In this document: in pieces, positions 38,451-47,294 of the stretch
Position numbering within the stretch: position 1 is the stretch's first letter
How the letters are laid out: every line of letters starts with the position of its first letter
Source of the DNA: Chloroflexia bacterium
GTDB lineage: Bacteria; Chloroflexota; Chloroflexia; QHBQ01; JADMIH01
Length of the DNA: 64,000 bases
Direction: 5' to 3'
NCBI GenBank assembly: GCA_036399775.1
Contig: DASWMJ010000002.1
Location: forward strand, 1,123 to 65,122
The notes under the pieces: generated by a model
The model's database searches: none
What the model saw: the letters and a program-made list of their open reading frames with translations, nothing else
What the model was told of the DNA's origin: nothing
Program-made: the position numbers and the translations under genes

Positions 38451-38535
38451 GCGGCTCTTGAGGTAGTCATGCGTAGACAAGCCCCGAAGTGCATATGAGA
38501 GGTATAGGTGCCAAGGTAAGCAATCCCACTTCGCC

Positions 38536-38651
38536 TTGTCATTCTGAGCGAAGCGAAGAATCTCGTCCCTCGCGCATTATCTTGCCCTAAGAGCCATAAA
38601 ATAGGCAACTACGCGAGGAGCGAGATTCTTCGCTTCGCTCAGAATGATAAG
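38536..38651. repeat. about 40-bp near-perfect inverted repeat pair (TCATTCTGAGCGAAGCGAAGAATCTCG) around a 36-bp spacer; MITE-like or regulatory hairpin
   Basis: 38536-38577 is the reverse complement of 38611-38651 with 2-3 mismatches. It lies between the ycaQ-like gene and the LTD gene. Confidence 0.5.
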
Positions 38652-38799
38652 GCTGGTCGGGTGGCGTTCCTATACATTCCAACTTCGCATCAGCCTTGCT
38701 TCACCTCTTCAAAGCCTTGCGCCCAAACCCATCCTGTGCTATATAAGGGTACGGTCAGTCCCAACTAGCCTTGAGCCACGACAGCCGGAGCATGTATTG

Positions 38800-40485
38800 A
38801 TGTCAAGCAACCCCCGACCATCGCCTTCTACCCGTAAGAGGCATTCCCGAACTCGGCACCTGACACCTAAGACCCTCCACCCAACAGGGCGAGCGTGGGC
38901 GCTGGTTATGGTGGGGATGGTGCTGTGTTCGGTGTTGGCTGTGGTTGGGGTGCTCCGCTCCACGACGGCGCTTTCGCAGGCGCAGTTCGCCAACGCTCAG
39001 TTCCAGGGCATGTGGAGCCGCACGGATGGCCTGGTGGCTTCGGGGACGGTCAAGCGCCCTTGGGTGTGGGGGCCGGTGCCGGGGAGGAGCGTGGCGGAGC
39101 CGTTCGCAGGACTGCCGGGCAACAGCCATCTTGTGCAGTATTTCGACAAGGGGCGCATGGAGATAAACGACCCTAACGGCAACCCTGACGACCCATTCTA
39201 CGTGACCAACGGCCTGCTGGCGGTGGAGCTTATCTCAGGGCAGATGCAGACCGGCCTTTCTACCTACGAGGGACGCAGCCCGGCGAGCATCAACCTGGCC
39301 TCTGACGCGGACGATCCCAGCGCGCCTACCTATCTCTCGTTCAACGGGGTAGCGAATATACCGGGCGCGCCCAACGAGCGGCGCAAGCAATCGCAGGTGG
39401 GCCAGGTCGTGCGTACGGCCATAGACAGGCAGGGTGTGACACAACCCTGGCCGCAAGACCATCTCGATTACGGAGTGAAGATAGCGCACTTCGAGGAAGC
39501 CACCGGGCACAATATACCCGACATCTTCTGGGAGTATCTGAACCAGCAGACGCAGATCGTACAGAAGGGACAGGTAGTGACCGGGCCGCTATTCTTCCCC
39601 TGGTTCGCTGTTACGGGCTACCCTATCTCCGAGCCGTACTGGTCGTATGTGAAGGTGAGCGGGAAGTATACGGACGTGCTGGTACAGGCATACGAGAGGC
39701 GCGTGCTGACCTTCGTACCCCACCTGCCGTCGCCCTTCAAGGTGCAGATGGGCAATATCGGCCAGCATTATTACGAGTGGAGATACCTCGCCAAATCGGG
39801 ACCGCCCCCCCAGCCCGGACCGTCAACACCGACGGCATCAGCGCCGCCTCCCCTGCCGCTAATCACCATTGACGAAATTGCTTACCGGCAGGTTATCACC
39901 GACCTGAACGGCAATTACGTAGTGCTGACGAACAAGGGCAACGCCCCGCAGTCGCTTAGTGGCTGGTGGCTGGATAGCCCCAAGTGGTCTACCGTAGACC
40001 GCTTCTATTTCCCGGAAGGCGTGGCGATCGGGCAGGGAGCGAGCATAAGGGTCCACGCGGGGGCCGGGGTGAACAATGCTACGGACGTGTACATGTACAG
40101 GACGAGCGTGATGTGGGAAGGCAAAGCATACGATCTGGCGCTGTTGTACGACAACTACGGGCGGGAGGTCGCCAGCTTCTTCCCGGCGTCGGATGTTGGG
40201 GCAGAGCCAACAAAGCCGCCTGAGAGCACGCCAGCCGTGCCGACGAGAGGCACGCCTGCTGTACCGACGAGAGGTACGCCGCCCACCGCGACGAGAACCC
40301 CACAAGCAGACGACACGAAAGTTGTACCGTCGCCTGTGGGCACCGAGGATGTCCTCCCCACACTCCCGGCCAGCACGCCGACCATGACACGCGTTGTCAC
40401 GGGCACAGTGACAACCATCGTGACCATAACTGTCACGCCGACAATCACCCGCACAGTCACCGTCACACCAACGCCGACACAGTGA
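38800..40485 (+). CDS. secreted/membrane-anchored protein with lamin-tail domain (LTD) and Thr/Pro/Val-rich C-terminus
   Basis: N-terminal anchor WALVMVGMVLCSVLAVVGVL. LTD-like IDEIAYRQVITDLNGNYVVLTNKGNAPQSLSGWWLD. PAVPTRGT repeats and a TVT-rich tail. In-frame ATG at 38800 preferred over the tracked 38644. Confidence 0.7.
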   Translation: MSSNPRPSPSTRKRHSRTRHLTPKTLHPTGRAWALVMVGMVLCSVLAVVGVLRSTTALSQAQFANAQFQGMWSRTDGLVASGTVKRPWVWGPVPGRSVAEPFAGLPGNSHLVQYFDKGRMEINDPNGNPDDPFYVTNGLLAVELISGQMQTGLSTYEGRSPASINLASDADDPSAPTYLSFNGVANIPGAPNERRKQSQVGQVVRTAIDRQGVTQPWPQDHLDYGVKIAHFEEATGHNIPDIFWEYLNQQTQIVQKGQVVTGPLFFPWFAVTGYPISEPYWSYVKVSGKYTDVLVQAYERRVLTFVPHLPSPFKVQMGNIGQHYYEWRYLAKSGPPPQPGPSTPTASAPPPLPLITIDEIAYRQVITDLNGNYVVLTNKGNAPQSLSGWWLDSPKWSTVDRFYFPEGVAIGQGASIRVHAGAGVNNATDVYMYRTSVMWEGKAYDLALLYDNYGREVASFFPASDVGAEPTKPPESTPAVPTRGTPAVPTRGTPPTATRTPQADDTKVVPSPVGTEDVLPTLPASTPTMTRVVTGTVTTIVTITVTPTITRTVTVTPTPTQ

Positions 40486-40620
40486 CCAGGGGTCAGGGAC
40501 CAGGGATCAGGGAGGAGAGATTACACGCTCTTCAGCGACTCGGTTATAGTTGATGGTTCCCACTCGCCGTTCGTCGCATATCTCCGTACCGGTTCCTGAC
40601 CCCTGACCCCTGATCCCTGG
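40486..40620. repeat. heptamer-repeat palindromic element (arms built from GGGTCAG/GGGATCA-type 7-mers)
   Basis: Left arm CCAGGGGTCAGGGACCAGGGATCAGGGAGG and right arm CCTGACCCCTGACCCCTGATCCCTGG are inverted copies, about 70 bp apart. Confidence 0.5.
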
Positions 40621-40893
40621 TTATAGAGGCTGTATGTCGCCGGACGCGCCGGGGTCTTCTACGGTGCTCTCTTCGGCCTGGGTGTCGCCGGTAGTTGCCA
40701 GGGCGTCGGATTGGCTGGACGTGAGGGTGTCATCCTCCGGCGTGCTGCTTGAGTCGTCGTCATCGTCGTCCGAGGTTGTGGCAGTGTCCGAGGTGACATC
40801 GGTGGTGTCGTCGGCGGGGGCCTCTGTGGGCGTGTCCGACCTGTCGGCGTCGGGCGAGTCGCGGAATGGATTAGGATCGGTATTGGTATCCAT
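40621..40893 (-). CDS. small highly acidic, intrinsically disordered protein (D/T/S-rich, 90 aa)
   Basis: AAGGAGGT RBS 5 nt from ATG. Run of 6 Asp. Predicted pI very low. Confidence 0.5.
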   Translation of the reverse strand: MDTNTDPNPFRDSPDADRSDTPTEAPADDTTDVTSDTATTSDDDDDDSSSTPEDDTLTSSQSDALATTGDTQAEESTVEDPGASGDIQPL

Positions 40894-41067
40894 GCTGTTA
40901 CCTCCTTTTAGGCAGTGTGAGCGTGCAAGAGCCGGGCCATTAGCTTCATGACACTTTCATAGGCACGTTCGTGTATACTTACTGTGTGGTAGCCATGCGG
41001 CTAGCATACACACCTCACCCCTACCCATCAAGATTGGGCATGCAGCAACCGGAAAGAGGTCTTGAAG

Positions 41068-42978
41068 ATGGCAAGGGTAGCGCGCGGGCGATATAAAATA
41101 ACGTGGGGCATAGGCGCGGGCGCTGGAGCCGCGCTGGCGATGATGGCCGTCATGGGTCTGATGCGGGTTGGGTTGCAGTTCCCCACCGTGCCTGAGCTGA
41201 TACTAAACTCGGTAGTGAATACGCTGGGTGGCGAGGCGTTCTCGGCAGCGCTCGACAACCTCTATTACGCGGGGCGACCTCTCCTGTTCACCATTATGTT
41301 AGAGGGGACGCTGCTGCTTGGCGTGCTGCTTGGCCTGGTATACGCATGGGTGGCGCGGCCCGACCCGGCAACGGGGCAGAGGAACGTCTTGTTCAGGACG
41401 CCTGCCGGAGGGGTGCTATATGGGTTAGTAATTGGCCTGCTGCTCAACACGATCTTCCTGGCGATCATCAACCAGGAGATGTTCGCCACGCGTCCCTTCG
41501 GTATCTACTCCGATTCGCCGATGCCCCTGTGGGCCGGGCTGATGCTGCTGGCCCTGGTCTTTGGCGTTACGCTGCACTCGCTGCTGCCCAAGGAGGCTGT
41601 TGACATTTCTGCGCCGAACCTTTCGGCAGCAGTGAGGGCCGAGCGGCAGATGGACCGCAGGCACTTCCTCCGCGTGGCGGGCGGCACGGCGCTGGCGGCG
41701 CTAGGTGGCGTGGGGGTGTTCGGGGCCGGGCTGTACATGAACCAGGGCAACAGCTTCACAAGCCCGGTGGACCGCGCCCAACTGGACGAAAGCGCGGATG
41801 CTGCACTCGATACGGAAGCCGCTACCCCCACGCCCGGTAGGGTAAGTCAATCTCAGCCTACCAATACACCCCAACCGCCACCTACAGAGATGGCACAGCC
41901 CACCCAGGAACCTACAGCGCAGCCTACAAGCGAGCCGACGGCAGAACCCACCGCACAGGCGCAAGAGCCGCCCACGCCGGAACCTGTAGCGGAGGCCCCA
42001 AGCCCGACGCCTGAGCCTCCCGCGCCTACGCCTGAGCCGGTGATCGCTCAGCCTACCGAGACACCCCAGCCTGTGGCTCAGGCCATACCGGACATAAAAG
42101 TGAAAGAGGTCACGCCCACCGGGAGCTTCTACCACGTCTCCAAGAACTTCTTCGACCCATCGCCCTCGGCGGAGGGATGGAAGCTGGAGATAAAGGGGCT
42201 GGTGAGCAATCCCTACTCCATCACTTACAAAGAGCTTGTCGCGATGCCTGCTATAGAGGTGGTCACGGGGATGATGTGCATCAGCAATCCGGTGGGCGGG
42301 GGGCTTATAGGCAGCGCGAAATGGAAGGGCGTGAGGCTGGCCGACCTGATACAAAAGGCGGGGCCGAAGAAGGGCGCGGTGGACATCGTGATGCGAGCGG
42401 TGGACGACTACTCCGACTCTATTACGCTGAAGAAGGCTCTCGACCCGAACGTGATGCTGGTGTGGGAGATGAACGGTAAGACCCTGGAGGCCACGCATGG
42501 CTTCCCGGCGAGGCTGCTTGTGCCGGGCATCTATGGCATGAAGCATGTCAAGTGGCTGACTTCGGTTGAGTTGGTGAGCAGCGACTACAAGGGGTTCTGG
42601 CAGCAGCCGGACCAGGGTTGGAGCGACCCCGCGCCGGTACACACTATGAGCCGTATAGACTATCCGGTGGAGGGTGTCCAACGCCTCAAGCAGCACGCGC
42701 TCTCAGGGATAGCTTTCGCGGGAGACCGCAGCATCAGCAAGGTAGAAGTGAGCGTCGACGGCGGCACGACCTGGGTTGAGGCATACTTGAAGCCTCCACT
42801 GAGCGGTACGTCATGGGCAGTGTGGGGCTACGATTGGACGCCCCCCGCCCCAGGCAAGTACAAGGTCGTGGTGCGAGCCACAGACGGCGCGGGCAATCTC
42901 CAGGTTGGTAAGTGGACTGACCCTTATCCTAACGGCGCTACGGGGTATCATGCCGTGACGTACAATGTCAGGGGTTAG
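41068..42978 (+). CDS. membrane-anchored sulfite-oxidase-family molybdopterin oxidoreductase (N-terminal polytopic domain + internal RRHFL Tat-like motif + Pro/Thr linker + Moco and dimerisation domains)
   Basis: SO-family Moco motifs GMMCISNPVGGGLIGSAKWKGVRL and GFPARLLVPGIYGMKHVKWL. Internal RRHFLRVAGGTALAAL. PTxEP linker. Confidence 0.75.
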   Translation: MARVARGRYKITWGIGAGAGAALAMMAVMGLMRVGLQFPTVPELILNSVVNTLGGEAFSAALDNLYYAGRPLLFTIMLEGTLLLGVLLGLVYAWVARPDPATGQRNVLFRTPAGGVLYGLVIGLLLNTIFLAIINQEMFATRPFGIYSDSPMPLWAGLMLLALVFGVTLHSLLPKEAVDISAPNLSAAVRAERQMDRRHFLRVAGGTALAALGGVGVFGAGLYMNQGNSFTSPVDRAQLDESADAALDTEAATPTPGRVSQSQPTNTPQPPPTEMAQPTQEPTAQPTSEPTAEPTAQAQEPPTPEPVAEAPSPTPEPPAPTPEPVIAQPTETPQPVAQAIPDIKVKEVTPTGSFYHVSKNFFDPSPSAEGWKLEIKGLVSNPYSITYKELVAMPAIEVVTGMMCISNPVGGGLIGSAKWKGVRLADLIQKAGPKKGAVDIVMRAVDDYSDSITLKKALDPNVMLVWEMNGKTLEATHGFPARLLVPGIYGMKHVKWLTSVELVSSDYKGFWQQPDQGWSDPAPVHTMSRIDYPVEGVQRLKQHALSGIAFAGDRSISKVEVSVDGGTTWVEAYLKPPLSGTSWAVWGYDWTPPAPGKYKVVVRATDGAGNLQVGKWTDPYPNGATGYHAVTYNVRG

Positions 42979-43021
42979 GGGTCGGGTGTTAGGTTTTAGA
43001 TGTTTAGCTGTACTTGCGGTT

Positions 43022-43993
43022 CTAGCTGTAGGTGGCTGAATAGGATTGCTTTGAGGTAAGAAGGCCGTCAAATCTCACCATGATGAACTGAGAAAGGACG
43101 AGTGCCAACTGCCGAAGTAAGCGCGCTTGGTCCTTTTGCGCCATGTATGGATGACTGCCCTTGCCGCTCAACAAGCCATAGATTTTAGCCAAAGAGTCCT
43201 TTTCATCCGCATCCAGTAATCCTTCGTCTTTTAGATATTGTCGCACCTTGAACGGCGTCTTGTATATGTCGTCGGTGAGAGCTTGACTTTTAATGCGTTT
43301 ACTATAGGCCATTGCAATTTCTCGCAAGCTCGCTTCCAAGAAGTTGCGTGAATTCGCAATACAGTCACTCCACCTACCCTCTTGGTAGTGCTGCTCAGAT
43401 AGCGATAAATGGTTAAGCGCTACGTCCCGTTTAGCTAGGCCCAATGAAGTGTATAGTGTTTCAAGCAATCCTGCGGCTTCTTCTGTATTGAGTACCTCGC
43501 TTTCTGGTATGAGAAGGCGTCCGTTCCTAAATAGATAGCCATCCAACTCAAGGCTTATGCCTAATTCCTTTACCTTCTCTTGTACCGCTGATATGCTTGC
43601 ATTTGCGTTCTCCGGGCGATTGATTTTTGCCCAATCATTTAACATAGCTTCGGCTAATCTGATCAATAACTCATGACCCTCACGCCGTCGCAACTCAGAC
43701 GCTTGGCCCTCTACTTCGGCGGAAGTCGTCTCCCCGGTATGCAATCTCATAATGTATTCTTTGACGCTCTGTACATCACCAGCAGCTTTCAACCCATTGC
43801 ACAACCAAGCAGGCAGATCATGGTCAAATGTGAAGTCGTAGAGTTGAGAATTGCTGATAGTGGTGACGGGTACCCCATGGTCACTACTCTGCCCCGAGTA
43901 GGTTATAACTGAGGCGACCCAGTACTGGTAGGTATAAGCGAATACAGAAGTATACGCTTCGGCTATTACTCTTGCAGTTCTTCGGCTCAGCAT
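43022..43993 (-). CDS. hypothetical protein in low-GC islet; Abi/HEPN-like candidate (Rx5H motif RDVALNH)
   Basis: GGGAGGGA RBS. The 1.2-kb region 43000-44200 is visibly AT-richer than its surroundings. The HEPN-like call is weak. Confidence 0.4.
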   Translation of the reverse strand: MLSRRTARVIAEAYTSVFAYTYQYWVASVITYSGQSSDHGVPVTTISNSQLYDFTFDHDLPAWLCNGLKAAGDVQSVKEYIMRLHTGETTSAEVEGQASELRRREGHELLIRLAEAMLNDWAKINRPENANASISAVQEKVKELGISLELDGYLFRNGRLLIPESEVLNTEEAAGLLETLYTSLGLAKRDVALNHLSLSEQHYQEGRWSDCIANSRNFLEASLREIAMAYSKRIKSQALTDDIYKTPFKVRQYLKDEGLLDADEKDSLAKIYGLLSGKGSHPYMAQKDQARLLRQLALVLSQFIMVRFDGLLTSKQSYSATYS

Positions 43994-44214
43994 TATTGCG
44001 TCCCTCCCACTTTCTCAATATATCTTGCCTCAACAATATTATCATAACATACAATATGTTGCGCCAACAAGCATAGATTAGGGAGGTATACCTACTACAT
44101 ATTGATTGCACTGGGTTGCTCTCATACGGGTGCTGTTTGCATCAGAAGTCTTTTGTTGGTGCTACTAAGTCCATGCACACCCATCAAGCCCAACCACAGC
44201 GATATACTCTGTCC

Positions 44215-46239
44215 TTAACGCGAATGCGCCTCCCTATAGGCCGGGATAGTGATTATAGGCGGGCGCTCTACGTCGTGGACTTTGCGTACCTCGAGGGAGA
44301 GATGTTCGTCCTCGAAGCGGATTAGCTTCATACTGCGATTGACCTCTTCGAGCAGGGTGATGCTGGCGCGGCTTTCGAGGCGGCTTAGGATGACCTGTAT
44401 AATCGCGAAGGCGGTCAGGGAGAGGTCAGCCAGGGAGCGGTTGCGGTGGATGCGCTTTTCGAGGTTGACCTGGCCTATCGAGTAGAGGCCATAGCTTTCG
44501 AGCAGGTCAATCAGCATGCCCGTCTCCACACCGTAGCCTGAGAAGAAGGGCAATTTCTCAAGCACTTCACGCCGCCCGGCGTACTCCCCCGCGAGGGGCT
44601 GCAACACCCCCGACAGGAGTGGAAAGAAGAGGTTGACGAGAGGGCGCACGGTCAACTCGGTGACGCGCCCACCACCCTCGTGCTGGATGCCCTCGCTGGT
44701 GCTGAGTGGCCGGTGGTAGTAGCCCTTAACGTAGCCTATGCGCGGTTCCCTCAACAAGGGGCCAATCAGCCCGTAGATGAACTGTGGGTGCATGTTGGCG
44801 ACATCGGTATCAACCCACGCTATGATGTCGCCCTTGAGCACGTGGAGCGACTTCCACAACGCTTCCCCTTTGCCCTGTACGGGCGCTCCCGCTTCGGGTA
44901 GCACCTCCTGGTGGATATAGACTGGCACGCCTAACTCGGCAGCTATCTCGCGGGTGCGGTCAGTGGAGTGGGAGTCTATCACCACGATCTCGTCCACCAG
45001 GGGCACGTCGTCCATCAGGGCCTTCTTGAGAACGCGCACCACGCCGCCAATCGTGGCTTCCTCGTTCAAAGCGGGCAAGCCCACCGAGATTGTTACTCCG
45101 CGCTGCTTTTTTATGTCAACCAGGCGGTTGAGGTCGGAGAATTCATCCGCGTGGAAGGTATTCTCAGCGAACCATTTGTCAACGATGAGCGACAGCACTT
45201 CAGGCGCGAGGGCGTGGGGCCGGGCGCGGCGGCGGGCGGCGCGTATGGCGGGGCCGACAGGCACACGGGTCTTGAGAGCAAGGAGGGCGGCGGGGCTGTT
45301 ACGGGCCACGCGCTGAGTAAAACTGCCCACATCGGCGGCGGCCTCGCCTCCCGCGCCCATGATGAGCAGGTCGTATTGCGCGGCGGCTTCGCTGATACTT
45401 TTAACGGGGTCGTCGCCCGTTATGAAATCGCGCCGGGGCATGCCGCCGGCCCGCGCCCCCGACTGGCCCAGTGCCATCTGGCCGAGAAGCTCGGTGAAAG
45501 GCGCTTCTTCGGTGGCGCGCTGGCTCTCCGGCATCGCCTGTAGGACGTGCAGCATCGTCACCTCGGCGTGCAGGGCCACATTCAAGTCGCCGGACAGGTC
45601 GAGGGCGAGCTGTGCCTGGGGGCCACCGCGAGCGGGTATGAGTATTCGCATGCCGGTCTGGAACGGCGCGGTAGCTGGTGCGTCGGGCCTGTGATTTGAG
45701 TGGGGAGGGCGCGCCCAGGCCACATCGCAGGGCAGGGGGCTACGCAGAGCTTTACGCACCCAGGGGCATACATTGGACGTGGAGTGGCGCAACGGCAATA
45801 GGAGCAGGAGGTTTTGCTCTTCTGTGAGGAGACGCCGCACTTCGCTCGCAAGATCGTGCTCCGGCGCTACCCGGACAACGGGGGCAATCATCGTCTGCGC
45901 CTGGGACTTTGTGACGGGTATGTCGCCCAGGCCATCGCCCACAGTTTCGGGTGAAGCCAGGGCGGACACGGCCAGCATCTCAAGCTCCCGGCGTAGCGCC
46001 TGGGCCGTAGTGGAGAAGGCGCTTACAGACTGCCCCTCCGGCACAGCTACGACGCTGAACAGCAAGACCCTGCCGCCCGAACCACTGGCAAGCAGGCCCG
46101 CGAGTCTCAGCAGGAACAGCCCTTCCGACCCTTCCCCAAACAGACCACCATCGCCCGGCGTAAGGCAATCAACCAGCAGAGCGATAGTGCGGCCAGTCTT
46201 GGAGGGAGCGTTTTCCTTGAGTTTAGCTTCGTCGTTCAT
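44215..46239 (-). CDS. UspA-domain / glucosyl-3-phosphoglycerate synthase-like (GT2/GT81) fusion protein
   Basis: C-terminal PALNEEATIGGVV...DSHSTD...WVDTDV (DxD) typical of GpgS/MpgS-like GT. N-terminal Usp-like alpha/beta domains. AAGGACAGGG RBS. Confidence 0.65.
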   Translation of the reverse strand: MNDEAKLKENAPSKTGRTIALLVDCLTPGDGGLFGEGSEGLFLLRLAGLLASGSGGRVLLFSVVAVPEGQSVSAFSTTAQALRRELEMLAVSALASPETVGDGLGDIPVTKSQAQTMIAPVVRVAPEHDLASEVRRLLTEEQNLLLLLPLRHSTSNVCPWVRKALRSPLPCDVAWARPPHSNHRPDAPATAPFQTGMRILIPARGGPQAQLALDLSGDLNVALHAEVTMLHVLQAMPESQRATEEAPFTELLGQMALGQSGARAGGMPRRDFITGDDPVKSISEAAAQYDLLIMGAGGEAAADVGSFTQRVARNSPAALLALKTRVPVGPAIRAARRRARPHALAPEVLSLIVDKWFAENTFHADEFSDLNRLVDIKKQRGVTISVGLPALNEEATIGGVVRVLKKALMDDVPLVDEIVVIDSHSTDRTREIAAELGVPVYIHQEVLPEAGAPVQGKGEALWKSLHVLKGDIIAWVDTDVANMHPQFIYGLIGPLLREPRIGYVKGYYHRPLSTSEGIQHEGGGRVTELTVRPLVNLFFPLLSGVLQPLAGEYAGRREVLEKLPFFSGYGVETGMLIDLLESYGLYSIGQVNLEKRIHRNRSLADLSLTAFAIIQVILSRLESRASITLLEEVNRSMKLIRFEDEHLSLEVRKVHDVERPPIITIPAYREAHSR

Positions 46240-46334
46240 CCCTGTCCTTGTGCGTGAAACTTACAATCTCTGTGTGCCTGCGGTTCAATTTATTTCAGGT
46301 TAGTGACCGTTGAAAAACCGATGAGGACTTATTG

Positions 46335-47228
46335 CTATTGCCATTGGAAGCTCACCCAGACATTGCCGAAGTTGCGTTGGGCAAGGTCTTGCTTGCGAAT
46401 TGAAAAGAAGAGTCTACCGCCAGCGCCACCGAACCACGGGGCCTCGCTATCGCTGTCATCGCCCATTTGGAAGAGGAGACGCCAATCAGAGACGCCCGGT
46501 AGCAGGCTGCGTACTCCAGGGTCATCCATATCTATAGGCCCGCCACCTAAATTAAAGCCGTTAGATGCAAACTGGGCTTCCCACCTGATGTCATTCTGTT
46601 CCACCGCTGGGTAACCGAGCAGCCGGTGAGTTGTTTCACCATTTACAACGTCCCAATAATTGCTTGCATCCTCGTCGCTCAGACCTAGCTCGTCCACTTC
46701 ATCACTGTTATACGGTGGTAGAGTGAATTCCGGATAGAACTCAAGCTCACGAGCAGGAAGAGGATATTCTTCGAGGGCAGCTTGCGGTAGGTCTGCCCGC
46801 CTGAGGTAAGCACGCTCCACGTCATAATAGATTACCTTCCAGGCATTGCGATTAGCCGGGTCGTATCCCCAGGGTTGGTCTGTCATATCATAGAAGAAGT
46901 AGAGCATGCCCGTAGCAGGGAGGACACCGTCAATGTGCCTTGATGTCACATCGGGCATCCAAAATTGCGCCATCAGGGCTAAAGGACGACCTTTGTAAAG
47001 CGGCCACGTAGCTCCCGAAGGGAAATCAGGTGAGCCTCCTAACTTAGAAGCACCAACGGAAAGGTCAGTAGCACCAAGCCCCAGGATATCGATACGAATA
47101 GCGGGTTGTGCGAGTTCCAGCAACGCCATACTCACGGATGATAATCCATGCGCAGATAGCCGTTCTTGTAGCCGCTGCATTGCATCCATACTAGCTTCGC
47201 CTAATCTCCGCTTCTTCGGGTTGAACAA
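46335..47228 (-). CDS. DUF1963 (YwqG-like) domain protein
   Basis: C-terminal WFGGAGGRLFFSIRKQDL matches the DUF1963 WGDxGxLYFxI signature. Confidence 0.55.
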   Translation of the reverse strand: MFNPKKRRLGEASMDAMQRLQERLSAHGLSSVSMALLELAQPAIRIDILGLGATDLSVGASKLGGSPDFPSGATWPLYKGRPLALMAQFWMPDVTSRHIDGVLPATGMLYFFYDMTDQPWGYDPANRNAWKVIYYDVERAYLRRADLPQAALEEYPLPARELEFYPEFTLPPYNSDEVDELGLSDEDASNYWDVVNGETTHRLLGYPAVEQNDIRWEAQFASNGFNLGGGPIDMDDPGVRSLLPGVSDWRLLFQMGDDSDSEAPWFGGAGGRLFFSIRKQDLAQRNFGNVWVSFQWQ

Positions 47229-47294
47229 GTCTCTATAGTGGCTAGTTTATCTCATATGCTCTTTGTGCCTTTGTGGTTCATTACGTTTTACGTT

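Noticed and set aside
37593-38480. 295-aa minus-strand ORF
   Set aside because: Antisense to the YcaQ/AlkZ-like gene, with Pro/Arg-rich junk composition.
41701-42696. 331-aa minus-strand ORF
   Set aside because: Antisense to the sulfite-oxidase-like gene; Arg/His/Leu-rich shadow.
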